Positions 1 to 12,300 of a stretch of DNA of 64,000 bases are shown in pieces. The notes under the pieces are model-generated. The model worked only from the letters and a program-made list of their open reading frames with translations, did no database searches and was not told the origin of the DNA. A program made the position numbers and the translations under genes. Within the stretch, counting starts at the first letter, position 1. Each line of letters starts with the position of its first letter. This DNA comes from Heterodontus francisci. Lineage: Eukaryota. The stretch lies in assembly GCF_036365525.1 (NCBI RefSeq), contig NC_090391.1, forward strand, positions 79,434,085 through 79,498,084, given 5' to 3'.

Positions 1-215
1 ACGGTAATGACTTGGAACTCACTGCCCAGGAGAGTGGTGCAAGCGAAGACAATCAATGATTTATAAATGAATCCGGAGGGGCACCTGAATGAAATAAACA
101 TGCAGGGCTACGTGGATTGAGCGGGGCAGTGGGACTGACTCAATTTCTCCACAGAGAGCTGCCATGGAGTGGCCGAATGGCCTCCTTCTGTATCGTACAT
201 GACTCTATGACTCCA
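1..215 (+). mobile_element. CR1-type LINE 3' end fragment
   Basis: WNSLP-like C-terminal coding (tggaactcactgccc), 3'UTR ggccgaatggcctccttctgt and (gactctat)n tail. Confidence 0.65.
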
Positions 216-229
216 TCAATTTCTACATC

Positions 230-1040
230 TCGATGTTGTATACAGCACACGCACTGCCTGGAAAGATCCAAATGCATAGAATTGAATGAAACTGTGATCT
301 TAATGGTCACTGGCAGTTCAGTCCTCACCCTGGTGTGAAGCCCCAGGTCCTTTTGCAGAAGGTGACACATCCTTATTGAATCAGCGTCGCCTCACACACT
401 GCTCCTGGGTTAGGTGTAGGTAGGAAAAGTGCTCTGGAAAAACCCGGCGTGGGTAGGGCAGATCCCCTTCTTCTTCCCTCTTTACAGAGCTTCCCCTCTC
501 TGCAGCCTCTGCCACATTTGTTAGTCTTGTTACAGACCCAAAGACACTGTAACTATAGTCACCTGACCTCGTACAGGGTTTGTTCACCAAATCATCTGTC
601 CTCCCTGAATGTCTGCAGCAGCTCACAACACAACGTCCAGAAAACCATCCACAGCACCTCCACTAACTTTACAATAGCAGAAGTCGGTCAAAATCCCTCA
701 CCTGTAAGTTGGGTGCCTGGTCCTTTTAAGTAACACGAGAAGGCGGCCCTCGTGCTGCTGAATGCATGACCAGATGAGAGTGACTAACACAGATGTTCAG
801 TGGACATGCACAGTGCAAGTTTCAAAGACGTGCGTCAAAGCTTCTGGAATTGCTCATTGACATCAATTCAAACCCCTCTCCTCAACTACCGGTACCCGCA
901 CAGTACGCCCACAGCTATATTCCTGACCTGCATCGGGCACTGTGCAGGCCACACGAGAACAGGCCAGCTGTTCCGTTCACATCATTTTATAGATCCAGGA
1001 TTCTGTAACACTGGCACCAGTGGCGCCACGTGGTAAACAT
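230..1040 (-). mobile_element. PIF/Harbinger DNA transposon remnant (HARBI1-like nuclease N-terminal part)
   Basis: ORF 381..626 PYPRRVFPEHFSYLHLTQEQCVRR and ORF 140..370 CHLLQKDL..HTRVRTELPVTIKITVSFN; homologous to 28150-28400. Confidence 0.7.
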
Positions 1041-1149
1041 CACAGCCGGGGGAGATAGAGAGGGAAAGAAACTCACTTTACAAAGGGAATTGGCAAAAGA
1101 CTCACAGGCATAAGTTCTGCAGGAATATGGAAATGAGCAGGGGAATGGG

Positions 1150-1655
1150 ACTAATTGGGTGGGGTGAGTCAATGGAGGAATTCAAACACAAGAATGAGAA
1201 TATTAAAATTAAGGTGCTGGCAAACCAGTGAGCCAATGTAGATCAGTGAGCTGGGAGGAAATGGGAGATCGGGAATTGCTGTGAATTAAGTTACAGACAG
1301 CAGAGTTCTGGAAGGGCTGTGGTTTATGGAGCTTTATAACTGGGAGAATGACCAGGATAGAATTGGAATAGTCAAATTAGAATTTAATCAAAGGCACGGA
1401 TGAGGGTTTATGAAGCAGATGGGCTGAGGCAGAGGTGGAGACAGATGATATTACAGAGGTGGCAGTCGGCAGGGTTGGTGACAGAGAGAATATGGAGATG
1501 AAATCAGCTCAGAGATAAACAAAATACAGAGGCTGTAAACAGTCCGGTTCAGCCTCAGACATTGGTCAGTAAGGGTATGGCAGTTCATGGATAGGGGTGG
1601 GATTTTTTGATGAAGATCAATTACACTGTATACAGTCTTCCCAAAATTTAAATTA
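1150..1655 (-). mobile_element. L2-type LINE fragment in intron of gene A
   Basis: Degenerate L2 RT C-terminal sequence; a homologous fragment sits at the same intronic position in gene B (27235-27700). Confidence 0.6.
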
Positions 1656-1893
1656 CAAGAGCAGTATTTCAGTGAGACAGGGTTTACAGATCTCCTCGCT
1701 GGAAATAGAGAATTAGCAGAGGCAGCAACAACAGTAAAGCTCAATAACTATAATACAGTTAGGAATGATTTATAGAGCAAACAGCTGGAAATATAGGTTT
1801 ACCAGGAATAACAACAGCAGCAAGGTTAGCAGGTAAATTAAAGAAGCAGTAATGCAGTTAAACATGGTTAATAAAATGTATAGCGAGACTTAC

Positions 1894-2113
1894 CAGGGAC
1901 ACCAACAATAGCAAGGATGGGATAATAAATGCATTGCATAATCAACAGTGTGTGATAGATCCCAACTGTTATCACCTGTGAACCATACTTATGAAGTATG
2001 TAAAGAGACCATGATAAACTCTTGCCCATTGTTGTAACATTCCAGTCTAATGTTCTCAGATTCTGATCCATTGTTGTAACATTCCAATCAATTATTCTCA
2101 GATTTTGACCCAT
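1894..2113 (-). CDS. Exon 1 of GPR139/GPR142-like class A GPCR (gene A); N-terminus to start of TM1; exon 2 lies off the left edge
   Basis: ORF 1868..2305(-) contains MGQNLRIIDWNVTT-MDQNLRTLDWNVTT-MGK...IYYPILAIVGVP followed by a phase-1 donor CCTG|GTAAGT at 1894/1893; clearly paralogous to 26894-27074. Confidence 0.85.
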
Positions 2114-2155
2114 TGTTGTAACATTCCAATCTATTGCTCTCGGATTCTGATCTAC
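2030..2155 (-). repeat. 3 x 42-bp tandem repeat in GPCR exon 1 (unit xxQNLRxxDWNVTT)
   Basis: Units 2030-2071, 2072-2113, 2114-2155; ATGs at 2029, 2071 and 2113 are spaced exactly 42 nt apart. Confidence 0.9.
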
Positions 2156-2159
2156 ACTT

Positions 2160-2366
2160 TCCCTCTCTCTGGAGCCACTGCTCCCAGTTGCTGCTGAGGC
2201 TGATGCTCTCACTGACACTATGGGATAACACATGTAAAGGAGCCCCTTATTAATAGAAGAGGGAAACCCTTCAGTGACACAATTAGTGTCTGAGGAGATT
2301 GGCATTAATTACAGTGACTGAACAAACAGGTTCAGTTAACCGCTTTCAATCCAACACCTTTTGTAC
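2160..2366 (-). promoter_or_regulatory. Putative proximal promoter/5'UTR of GPCR gene A
   Basis: TATA-like TATTAATAA (2247-2255), AGGGTTTCCCT, TAATTAA and GTTAACTGAACCTG blocks shared with 26643-26850. Confidence 0.55.
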
Positions 2367-2399
2367 CACAATAAAGAGGAATATTTATCCCTTATATAT

Positions 2400-2690
2400 G
2401 TATAAGGGTTGCTGAGAGAAGGGCTGGTGAAAATAGCAGAGGCACAAGCCAGAATTTTCCAATCCTTCTTGGATATGGGAGTGATGACAGAGGACTGGAG
2501 GGTTACAAATGTAATACCCTGTCGAAAAAAAGCAGAGATTGGATAAACCCTGCATTTACTGAACAATCTAACATTGCTGGTGGGGATGTTTCTAGAAGTC
2601 ACTACCAGGAGAAAAGTTATCATTGCTGGAAAAGAAACATGGGATGACATTTGGCAAGCAGCATGGATATTCGAATGCCAAATCATATCT
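2400..2690 (+). mobile_element. CR1 RT fragment upstream of gene A promoter
   Basis: Degenerate 'IFQSFLDMGVMTEDWRVTNVIP' CR1 motif; inverted homolog at about 26380-26600. Confidence 0.6.
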
Positions 2691-3790
2691 GGCAAATTTC
2701 AACAGCAACTTCTTTTATACAGCACCTGTAATGTAATTAAATATTCCAAGTCTCTTCACAGAGGCATTATAAAACAAAATATGTAGCCGATCCATATAAG
2801 GAGACATTAGGGCAGATGACCAAAAGCTTGGTGAAAGAGGTATAGTTGATGTAGTGTCTTAAAGGAGCAAACAGAGATAGAGAGGTGCAAAATTGACGCG
2901 AGGCTATTGCAGAGCTCAAGACAGAGGCTGCTGAAGGCATGGTCATCAATCGTAGAGCAATGATAATTGGGGATGCTAAGGAGACCAGAATTGTAGGAAT
3001 TAAGATAGTTTGGAGGGTTATAGGCCTTAAGGAGTTTGCAGAGATAGGGAGGAGCCAGGCACAGAGGGATTTTCAAATAAGAACGAGCAGTTTAAAATCT
3101 AGATGTCTTTTAACTGGGAGACAATGTGTACAAGAGGTGCTGGGTGAATGGCATTTAGTGCATGTTCGGACACTGGCAGCAGAGATTTAGATGACCTAAA
3201 GTTTACAGAGGGCAGAAAGTGGGACGCGAACCAGGAAAGTGTTGGAATAACCAAGTCTAAAGATAACGAAGGTATGGATGAGAGTTTCAGCACCAGAAGA
3301 GCTGAGACAGGGGCGGAGTCGTGTGATGTTATGGAAGTGGAAACGTATCGGCTCGGTGATGGTGCAGATACCTGGTTGAAAGCTCATCTCGGAATCTGAT
3401 GTGACACAATAGTTACAAATATTCTGGTTCAGCCTTGGACTTTTGCCAAGCAGAGGGATGGAATCAATGGTGAGAGCGCACAGATTGTAACAGAGACAAA
3501 AGACAATGGTTTCAGTCTTTCCAATATTTTACAGGAGGAAATGCCTGCAAATCCAGTAACGGATGTTGGATAATACACCAGATATTTTAGGGACAGTGGA
3601 GGGGTCGAGGGTGAGGTCGAACTCTGTGTCAGCAATATATATGTGAAAAGTTATATTGTGCTCTCGGATGATGACACCAAGGGCAGCATGTAGATGAGCA
3701 ATAGGGGTGATGGATAGATCCGTCCGGAAAACCAGAGCAGGAAGAGAAGTCATTGCAAGTGATTCTCTGTATATAATTAAATAGATAAGA
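2690..3790 (-). mobile_element. L2-type LINE 3' portion
   Basis: ORF 3196..3387 FHFHNITRLRPCLSSSGAETLIHTFVIFRLGYSN is the typical L2 ORF2 C-terminus; L2-like 3' tail near 2700-2850. Confidence 0.75.
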
Positions 3791-3999
3791 CATACTCCAT
3801 AGATTTATTTCAGCCTTCGCTTATCCGACACTTTAACAAATTGCTTTTTTTCCTGTTAAGGAATGCAACCCCATCGTTGCTTCTAATCTCACCGGTTGTA
3901 ATGTATTCACAATAGCACACAATGTTCCCTCTCTGACGCTGAAAGATATGTACTTAACAAAGGATTCAGTTTAATCCCTTTACACCCCCACCTCAATGA

Positions 4000-6145
4000 A
4001 TTTCACGCTCGGCATTACGTTGAGCTTTTCTTTTATCGTCTCCGGGCTCATTTCTTTGACCAGGAGCTCTCTCCCCGATCAGTAGACCCATTCACCCACC
4101 TCCAGCATTCTCCCTCCACCTGGACCCCGCCCTCAGGTCTCAGAGCTGCTCTTGATAATTTCATTCCCAACTTTCAGCGCCTTAATTTCCCCTCTCACTC
4201 AGTCTAACACCTGAATTTGCAGCACTCCATTCACTCAGGTCTAACCCCAATAATGTAATCAAACCCGCAGACAAGGGTATTGCTATTGCTGTCGCTGACG
4301 TCATCTCCTCTGCAAATCTTCCCTCTACAGCTTCCAACCTCATTGTCCCACAACCCCGAACAGTCTGCTTCTACCTCCTTCCTAAAATCCACAAACAGGA
4401 CTGTTCCGACAGACCCATCGTTTCATCCTGTTCATGCCCCACTGAATTTATTTTTTCCTACCTTGACTCTATTTTTCTCCCCCTTTTTCAGTCTCTTCCC
4501 ACTTACATCCCCGACTCTTCTGATGCCATACGCCATTTCAACAATTTCCACTGTTCTGACCCTCTTCACGATGGACGTCCAATCTCTCTACACCTCCATC
4601 CCCCACCAGGACGGTTTGAGCGCTGTCCACGTCTTCCTTAAACAGAGACCGAAACTATTCCCCATGTTCCATCACCCTCCTCCGCCTGACTGAACCATTT
4701 CTCACATTGAACAACTTCTCCTTCATTTCCTCCCAATAAAAAGGTGTTACTATGTTTACCCGCATGGATCCTGTTTATGTCTGTCTTACTGTCACATATT
4801 TTGAATATTTCTTGTCCCAGTCATATTCAGACAACCTCCCCGAGCTCTTCTTCTGGCATTTTGAGACATACATTGACCCTCTTTCTGCTCCCGCCCCTTA
4901 CTGGAAAAAATCAACCTCGCTTCCGATTTCCACCGTTCTGTCACCTTCACATGGTCCATCTCCGACACTTCCCTTCCTCGACTTCTCTGTCTCCATCTCT
5001 ACGGATAGTCTGTCCACTAATGTTCATTATAAGCCCACTAACTCCGACGACTGCCTAGACTACATTTCCACACAACTTGTTTCCAAAAAGGATTCTATTC
5101 CAATCTCCCATTGTCTCTGTCTCCGCTGCATCTGCTCTGATGATTCAACCTTCCACAAAAGTGCTTCTGATGAGTCTTCGGTTTTCCTGTCCTGAGGATT
5201 CCTCCCACCCCCAACTATGGTTGAGAGGGCCCTCAACCGTGTACAACCCATTTCTCACACTTCAGCCCTCACTCCTCCAACACCCCCGACACTTCCTCCC
5301 CGTCCCACTGCATCTTCCCATGCAATCACGGGACGTGTAATAACTGCACTTTTACCTCCTCTCTCCTCACCATCCAAGGCCCCTAACATTCCTTCCAGGG
5401 AAAGCAGCGATTTACTTGTATTTCTTTCAATTTATGTATTCTGTATTTGCTGCTCACAACGCAGTCGCCTCTAAATGACTGAAGGGTAGCAAATGGTGTC
5501 CTATCCAGCAACGCTCGCATCCCATGAACGAATAAACAAACACACTGGGGAGATCAAATGGAGATTGGGTGATCGCTTTTCCGATGCTGTCCACTCAGTC
5601 CATAAGCATGTCCCTGAGCTTCGGGTCGTTTGCCGTTTTAATTCACTGCCCTGCTCCCACTCCGACATTTCTAAACTCGGCCTACTGCAGTTTTCCAGTG
5701 AAGCTGAACACAAGTTCGAGGAACAGTGCCTCATCTTCCAAGTAGACACTTTAAAACCTCTGGGCTCAACACTGAGTTCAACAATTACCGACCATCACCT
5801 GGTCTCAAACCTGTTTTTCATGCCTTTGCTTCCAGACAGAGCAGTTCATTATTCAACCATTAACGCTCTCTCTGGATAAATGCTTTGTTTCTTACAACAG
5901 ATGTTACCACTCGCTTTGCCTAGTTCGATGACATCTTTGTCATTTAATCATTCCGCCATCGGCCCTATCACAGGCCGTCCGTTTTCTTGTTCTTCCCCAT
6001 CTTTCACTTGCTCAAAACCTATTTTCTTTCTAACCATTGTCAGTTCTGATGAAAGGCCATCAACATGAAACGTTAACTCTACTTCTCTCTACATCAATAT
6101 TGCCAGGCCAGCTGAGTATTTCCAGCACTTTCTGTTGTTATTATC
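4000..6145 (+). mobile_element. Penelope-like retroelement remnant (RT, GIY-YIG endonuclease, terminal repeat)
   Basis: LFTMDVQSLYTSIPHQDG, LPFLD and HYKPT motifs; GIY-YIG-like YCICCSQ...GEIKWRLGDRF; terminal ctgatga...gaaacgttaac. Confidence 0.85.
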
Positions 6146-6149
6146 GATA

Positions 6150-7215
6150 TGAATGGAAGCTAGCCGAAGAGAAGCGAACGGGTATGAAGTGGAAAACGCT
6201 CCGCTGGTAAGAGTCGTACCTAGCACGAAGGGAGATGGCTGTGGTTGTTGGAGGTCAATAATCTCAGCTCCAGGACACTGCAAGAATTCCTCAGGGTAGT
6301 GTTCTAGGCCCACCCATCTTCAGCTGCTTTATCAATGGCCTTCCCTCCATCATAAGGTCAGAAGCGGGGATGTTCACTGATGATTGTACAATGTCCAGCA
6401 CCATTCGCACCTCCTCAGATACTGAAGCACGTTATATGCATCAACAGCTGGACAACATTCAGGCTTCAGCTGATAAGTGGCAACAAAAGTTGCAAGCAAT
6501 GATCATATCCAACAAGAGCGAATCTAACCATCTCCCTTCACATTCAACGGCATTCACATCAATTAATTCCCCACTATTAATATCCTGCGGTTGCCATTGA
6601 CCAAAAGCTGAATTGGACAAGCCACAGAAATACTGTTGCTACAAGTGCAGGTCAGAAGCTGAGAATTCTGCGGCGAGTAACCCACCTCCTGACTTCCCAA
6701 ATCCTGTCCACCATATACAAGGCACAAATGAGGAGCGTGAATTAATACTGTGCACTTGCCTGGATGGGTGCAGCTCCAACAGCACTCAGGAAGCTCGACA
6801 TCATCCAGGAGAAAGCGGCCCACAATCATTCACTCCCTCCACCACTGTCGCACAAAAGCAGCAGTGTGTTCCATCTACAAGTTGCATTGCAGCAAATCAC
6901 CAAGGCTCCTTAGACAGCAGCTACCACACCGCGACCTCTACCACCTAGTACGACAAGGGCAGCAGATGCATGGAAACAGCACCAGCTGCAAGTTCCCCTC
7001 CAAGTCACACACCATCCGGACTTGGAAATATATCGTCGTTCCTTCACTATCACAGGGTCAAAATCCTGGAATTCCCTTCCTAACAGCACTGTGGGTGTAC
7101 CCGCAGCAGATTGACTGCAGGAAGGCAGCTCACGACCATTGACTCAAGGGCAATTAGTGATGGGCAGTAAGCGCTGAACTAGTCTGCAGTGCCCACATCC
7201 CACGAAATAATAAAA
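6150..7215 (+). mobile_element. CR1-group LINE (second family), RT C-terminal half and 3'UTR
   Basis: GIPQGSVLGP and F(A/T)DD motifs; 3' end gcccacatcccacgaaataataaaaa shared with 47750-49450 and 51931-52530. Confidence 0.75.
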
Positions 7216-7429
7216 AGGTAACTGCAGTTCCTTCCAGCTGGACCACAGTGGAGAGACAGTGGAGGAAAATGGTGCCACCAACATTGTCACAGGGTGTAGT
7301 AAGTTTGTGAAGGGCAAGGAACGATAGTCTGCCTTTGTAACAGTCACACAGCATGTAATTTTTAACAATCTTATCAACATGTCCGGGCACCTTTATAGAA
7401 TTATGCACATGCATCCACGCTGTTGCAGC

Positions 7430-8250
7430 AGCCCCATTAAAATTACACCCTTTATTTTCCGTACTGTCCTCTCTGTCCTATGAAAATGTATCAGTGTGTC
7501 CTTCTCTTAATGTTCACCTGTCATGTGTCCTTCTAATCCACCAGGCTGACTATATCGAATTGCAGTCTATCACTGCCATCCTCACTGTGCAATACACTTC
7601 TGATTTTTGTGTCAACGGCAAATTTTGAAATTGTATAATTTACACTCAAGTCCAAGTGCTTAATATTTATAACGATAAGTATCAGTCCGAGTAACGACCT
7701 CTGCGGAAACTTTCTCCAGTTCTATAAGCAACCTTTCACCACCTGTCTCTGCTTGCTGTCATGCAGACAACTTTGTCCCTTTTATTCCATGGGCTTCAAC
7801 TTTGCTGACAAGCCAGTTAAGTGACACTTCATCAAATGCTGTTTGGAAGTCCATGCACAACACATCAACTACATATCCCTCATTAACCCGCTCTGTTACT
7901 TCACTGAAAATACGCAATCAAATTAGTTAAACACAATTTGACATCGATACATTTCCTTAATTCAACCACATTTGCCCCAGTCAGTTAATTGTATCCCGGA
8001 TTATTGTTCTTAAAGTTTTCCCATCACCGAGTTTTAACTGGCAGACCTGGATTTGATGGGCTTGTCCTTATACCCTTTTTAGGACAATGGTGTAACATAT
8101 GCAATTCTCCAGTCCCTTGACATCATTCCTGTGTGTAAGAAAATTTATGGCTAGTGCCTCCACAATTTCCATCCTTAATTCACTCAGCAACTCGGATGCT
8201 TTTTGCCTTAACATCTTTAAGTACTGCCAGCCCTTCTAATACCTCCTGTC
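7430..8250 (-). mobile_element. Degenerate CR1 LINE RT fragment
   Basis: Reverse strand gives MDFQ(K/T)AFD and KFA(V/D)DTK CR1 motifs. Confidence 0.6.
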
Positions 8251-9027
8251 GAGAAAACATGCTTTTCTGAATGAGGCATTTTAATTCCTCGGTTGTACAT
8301 CTACATTAAATTTTGAAAAAGGAAAGCTAGAAACCTACATCGCACTTTAAAATGCTGGCATCCAAGATGGCCACCACAATTTGCATTGAAATACTTCACA
8401 TTCCAGGACATCGAAGTAGAGGCACATGACCTCAAAACTCACATCCAGGACAATGGCTTTAACAGTTGAGGAGATTATCTGGCATCACCCTCAGGACATT
8501 TGAAACCATCTTGGAGCATGTATTAACGGAGACGTAGCTGCAGAGGGGTCATTGGCACAATATAATTTGAGAGAGATTTGGGATTCTTATACTTTGAACC
8601 TCATTAAAGAAAGAAAGGAGCTGAGAGTCCATGTGACAACCCTCCCTCCACCCAGTCTATGTAAACGTGGAGCTTTTTTTTGCCCACAGCAGACATGCTT
8701 TGGGAGCTACCCCATGCAAGACCCATGTGCGCTGTCTCTCTCGCCTTTTCTCTCCAGGTAGCGTTGCAGGTTTTGTAATCTCTCTGTGACTGCAGAACAG
8801 CCATGTAAACCATTGCTACTAATAGAAACCTCGGAGAAAGCCACCAACCATCATTGTCTCCAAGAAAACCGTGATCCAGGCGGACCAGCTGCATGTGCAC
8901 TCTACCAGCCAGAGACTTTGGAACCATGAATTCAGCCAGAAGAAAACTGAATTACCAAACCCCAGAGACTGTATATCAGATTTACTTTTTTTCAGGAATC
9001 GAAACCAAATGAAACGGTTCTTCATCA

Positions 9028-9367
9028 TTTATTTTTATTTAGAGATACAGCAGTGAAACTGGCCCTTCGGCCCACTGAGTCTGTGCCGACCATCAACCAC
9101 CCATTTGTACTAATCCTACACTAATACCATATTCCTACCACTTCCCCACCTGTCCCTATGTTCCCCTACCAATACTAGGGGCAATTAATAATTGCCAATT
9201 TACCAATCAACCTGCAAGTCTTGGGCATGTGGGAGGAAATGGGAGCACCCGGCGAAAACCCACGCAGATACAGGGAGAATTTGCAACCTCCACAGAGGCA
9301 GTATCCAGAATTGAACCCGGGTTGCTGGACCTCTGAAGTTGTGGTGCTAACCACTGCGCCGCCCTGC
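9028..9367 (-). mobile_element. tRNA-derived V-SINE (HE1-like)
   Basis: A-box/B-box head (GGCGCAGTGGTTAG, GGTTCAATTC), V-domain gtttgcaagttctccc, LINE-derived tail gggccgaagggcc...gctgtatctct. Confidence 0.85.
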
Positions 9368-12300
9368 AACCAATGTCTCTGTACCTGTGATTCTCATGTG
9401 TGTGTGAAAGTTGGAGCTAAAGTGACTAGGAGCCCAATTGTGGTCAAAGGCTTTAGGAACAGAGCCGATTCACGGCAAAAAAAAAATTACATCATATCGA
9501 CAGCACTGAAACGGGTCATCCAGCCCAGCTGATCCCAGCTACACCACACAAGCATCCTTACTACTCTTCATTTAACCCCATCAACATGTCCTTCAATCCT
9601 TTTGTACCTCATGCATCTCGAAGTGAGTGGAAAATAGAAAGTGTACTGATTGCCAAGCTCCAGTCAGAAAGGCACAGAGAGTGGTGAGGGGATAGCTTCT
9701 ACAAAATCTTGGGTATAACTCACAAGATAACGCTAATCCCATTTGTAACTTCATTGCAGCCAAAAGATATTGGAGCAATTTTCACTCTGGATTATCCCAA
9801 AGCCCCTGATGAGACTTTCCATCTGCATTAATACCATTCAGCACTTTGACAGAAGAAATTCGATCATGATGTCCAAAAATTATAAGAAATGCAGTTGGCC
9901 TGCTTTCCATCAGGATATACAAAGGAATGTCATATCGAAACTCCTGATAAACTTTTAAATACATCGAATGTTGTGTTTCATTTTATTATAATCTCGTATA
10001 ATAATGACACCATGATTGGTTGAAAAGCCATTGAGCACAGACACCAACATACAAGGCACAAAACTGATAGCACATGGCAAAAATGTAACCTGTACCATAT
10101 TCAAGTTCAAAGAAAGCAGATTTCATTGAATATTTCAGCAGTATAAATTATTTAATTCATGTATTAAGGATTCTCCTTAATTTGTTTCCTTTGTTATTGT
10201 CAGTGCTGCTTGTAAATGGTTAAGCAGTTGCTAGGGAACACGATGAACAGATTGAGAGTTACTCGAAACCTAAATGTGTATAGATGGTTTTACTATCCGT
10301 AGCAACCCTGGGAGCCCAATAGTCTGCTATTAATCAGCCACTCCAGAATATTATTGAAAAAACTTCAGAATGTAACATAAGTTCTTTGGCCTTCTCATCC
10401 TGAGCCAATAATATCCTGGTGATTGATAAATGTTAAATATACAATCTTATTCGATAAATCCTCAATCTCACTTTTTCTGAAGTGTCGTTAACAATGATTC
10501 ACATCCATATTTTTTTATAAAAGAGGTACTATTATCTGCACCTTCTTTAATGCTCACTCACGCCACTTGTTCCCTTCTGCATTGTAGGGCAATAAAACTT
10601 TCATGGGAGGGAACGCCAAGCAAACTGGCACTTAAATTTAGTAATTAGGCAGTAGATTCTTATTGACAAAGGAAATGTTTACAAAATGTTCAAACCCATT
10701 GTAGCCTGGCTCCTTAATGGTGACTGGGTAGAAAAAGCTTCTGCAAAAGCTAGAGAGCCAGGGAGGAAGTGAGAGGGATGATTGTCTGTTTCTAGGTCTC
10801 AGGGACCGTTGGATCACTTCTTGAAATGGTAATACTCAGCAACCTACTCATCATCTGAGATTGTATAAAATAAGTCGAACACCCAGACTGATTACTGCAT
10901 TGGTATCTGCCCAAGAGCGAGAAAGTTAAATGTTTAAATGCAGTAAACTTCTGAGACACCCTGAAATATAATCAGTTCTTGTACAGCTTAGTTTCGTATT
11001 GTAACTGAATGGGCTTCAACAGCAGAAACCTCTGACTCCGCTTGTTCATACATTACCAGGCTTGTCCTGGAAACAATTTGGCCTACTTAAAATTTTCGCC
11101 AGATCCTGATTTTTGTGAATATTCGGAGTTGCGTCAATGCACAGGTAAACTTTTGGTTGCAACTTTTCACTGAGTAAAAATTATTTTATCTGATTTTATT
11201 TCATTGTTTTATATTTTCGGTTTGGAAACATAATGGTTTGCTTTCTACGTTAGCTGTGGAATGGGATTTTCGTCCTGATTGTTTCTTGGCAACCTCAGAA
11301 CTGAATATAAAACATGGCCAGTAAAGAACAATCATAAAGGAGAATTCTGTATAAATGTGACATTCAGACTCTCCTACACAAACCGGGCTTGTAACAAAGG
11401 TTTGGGATTTAAACCTGTCACTGTCACATCAAGCTGGAAGGACTCCTAGCAAGTGTCTGAAATGACCAATTTGATCACAGAGTTCCTGCCTCGTTGCTCC
11501 CTGGTTGACAAGCCCAGGATTGACAATAGGCTTCCTTTAACCGGTGTTTGCGACGTGGCCACAACGCACTTTAAAACACAATTTTAAAAAATGTTATATA
11601 TTACGGAGCTGTTGGGCGGTGTTGATGTATCTCACGCTGAAATCTTCAGGATCGAATCTGAAGGAATCACAACTTTAGTCTCTTTAAAGAAGCGGTGGTC
11701 CAGCTGTATATCAGAGGTCTGACACAGCACTGTCACTCCACTCGAAGTGCAATGCACAAAGAGGCAGCAATGAGTTACATTTCATCACAGCACAGTTCCA
11801 CAGCACTGAGAACAGCTTGTCAGTGGGGGAAATCGGTTCAAATTTGAAAATCGTTTGGAACCAGAAAAAGTTCCATCTCTCCCCAAGTAACACATCTTCT
11901 CATCAGAATAATCTGGGCAAAACAAAGAATGCAGAATAACGTTGAATCTTTTCACTACTAACTTTTCACCTGTGATGAGAAGCGTTACCAACCCCAAAAG
12001 GGGCTGGACTTTCTCTGACCTCCAGGAACGCCACAGCAGGGCAGGGCAACATCACATTGGTGGCTTTGCAGTGACGGCCATGCACTGATCTCTGAGACAG
12101 TGTTATCAATTTATCTAGAATTTAAGGATAATCGAACACAATTAATGAATAAGTTCTGCAATTAACTGAACTGGACCAGTCAGTTTTATTATCAGTTCAC
12201 TTCGAGGGCCGAGCTCAAGGAATCTGAAGCAAAAATCAGCAATAAATTAACGCAATGAATTAATCAATTGGATTCCAATAAATTAGATAAAAGGTTTTAA

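Noticed and set aside
2114-2305. Upstream extension of ORF 1868..2305 (MPISSDTNC...)
   Set aside because: Runs through the putative promoter, and the equivalent frame in gene B has a TGA, so it is probably not coding.
8250-9440. Possible solo LTR interrupted by a SINE
   Set aside because: Could not find convincing TG...CA ends, a target duplication or a second copy in the window.
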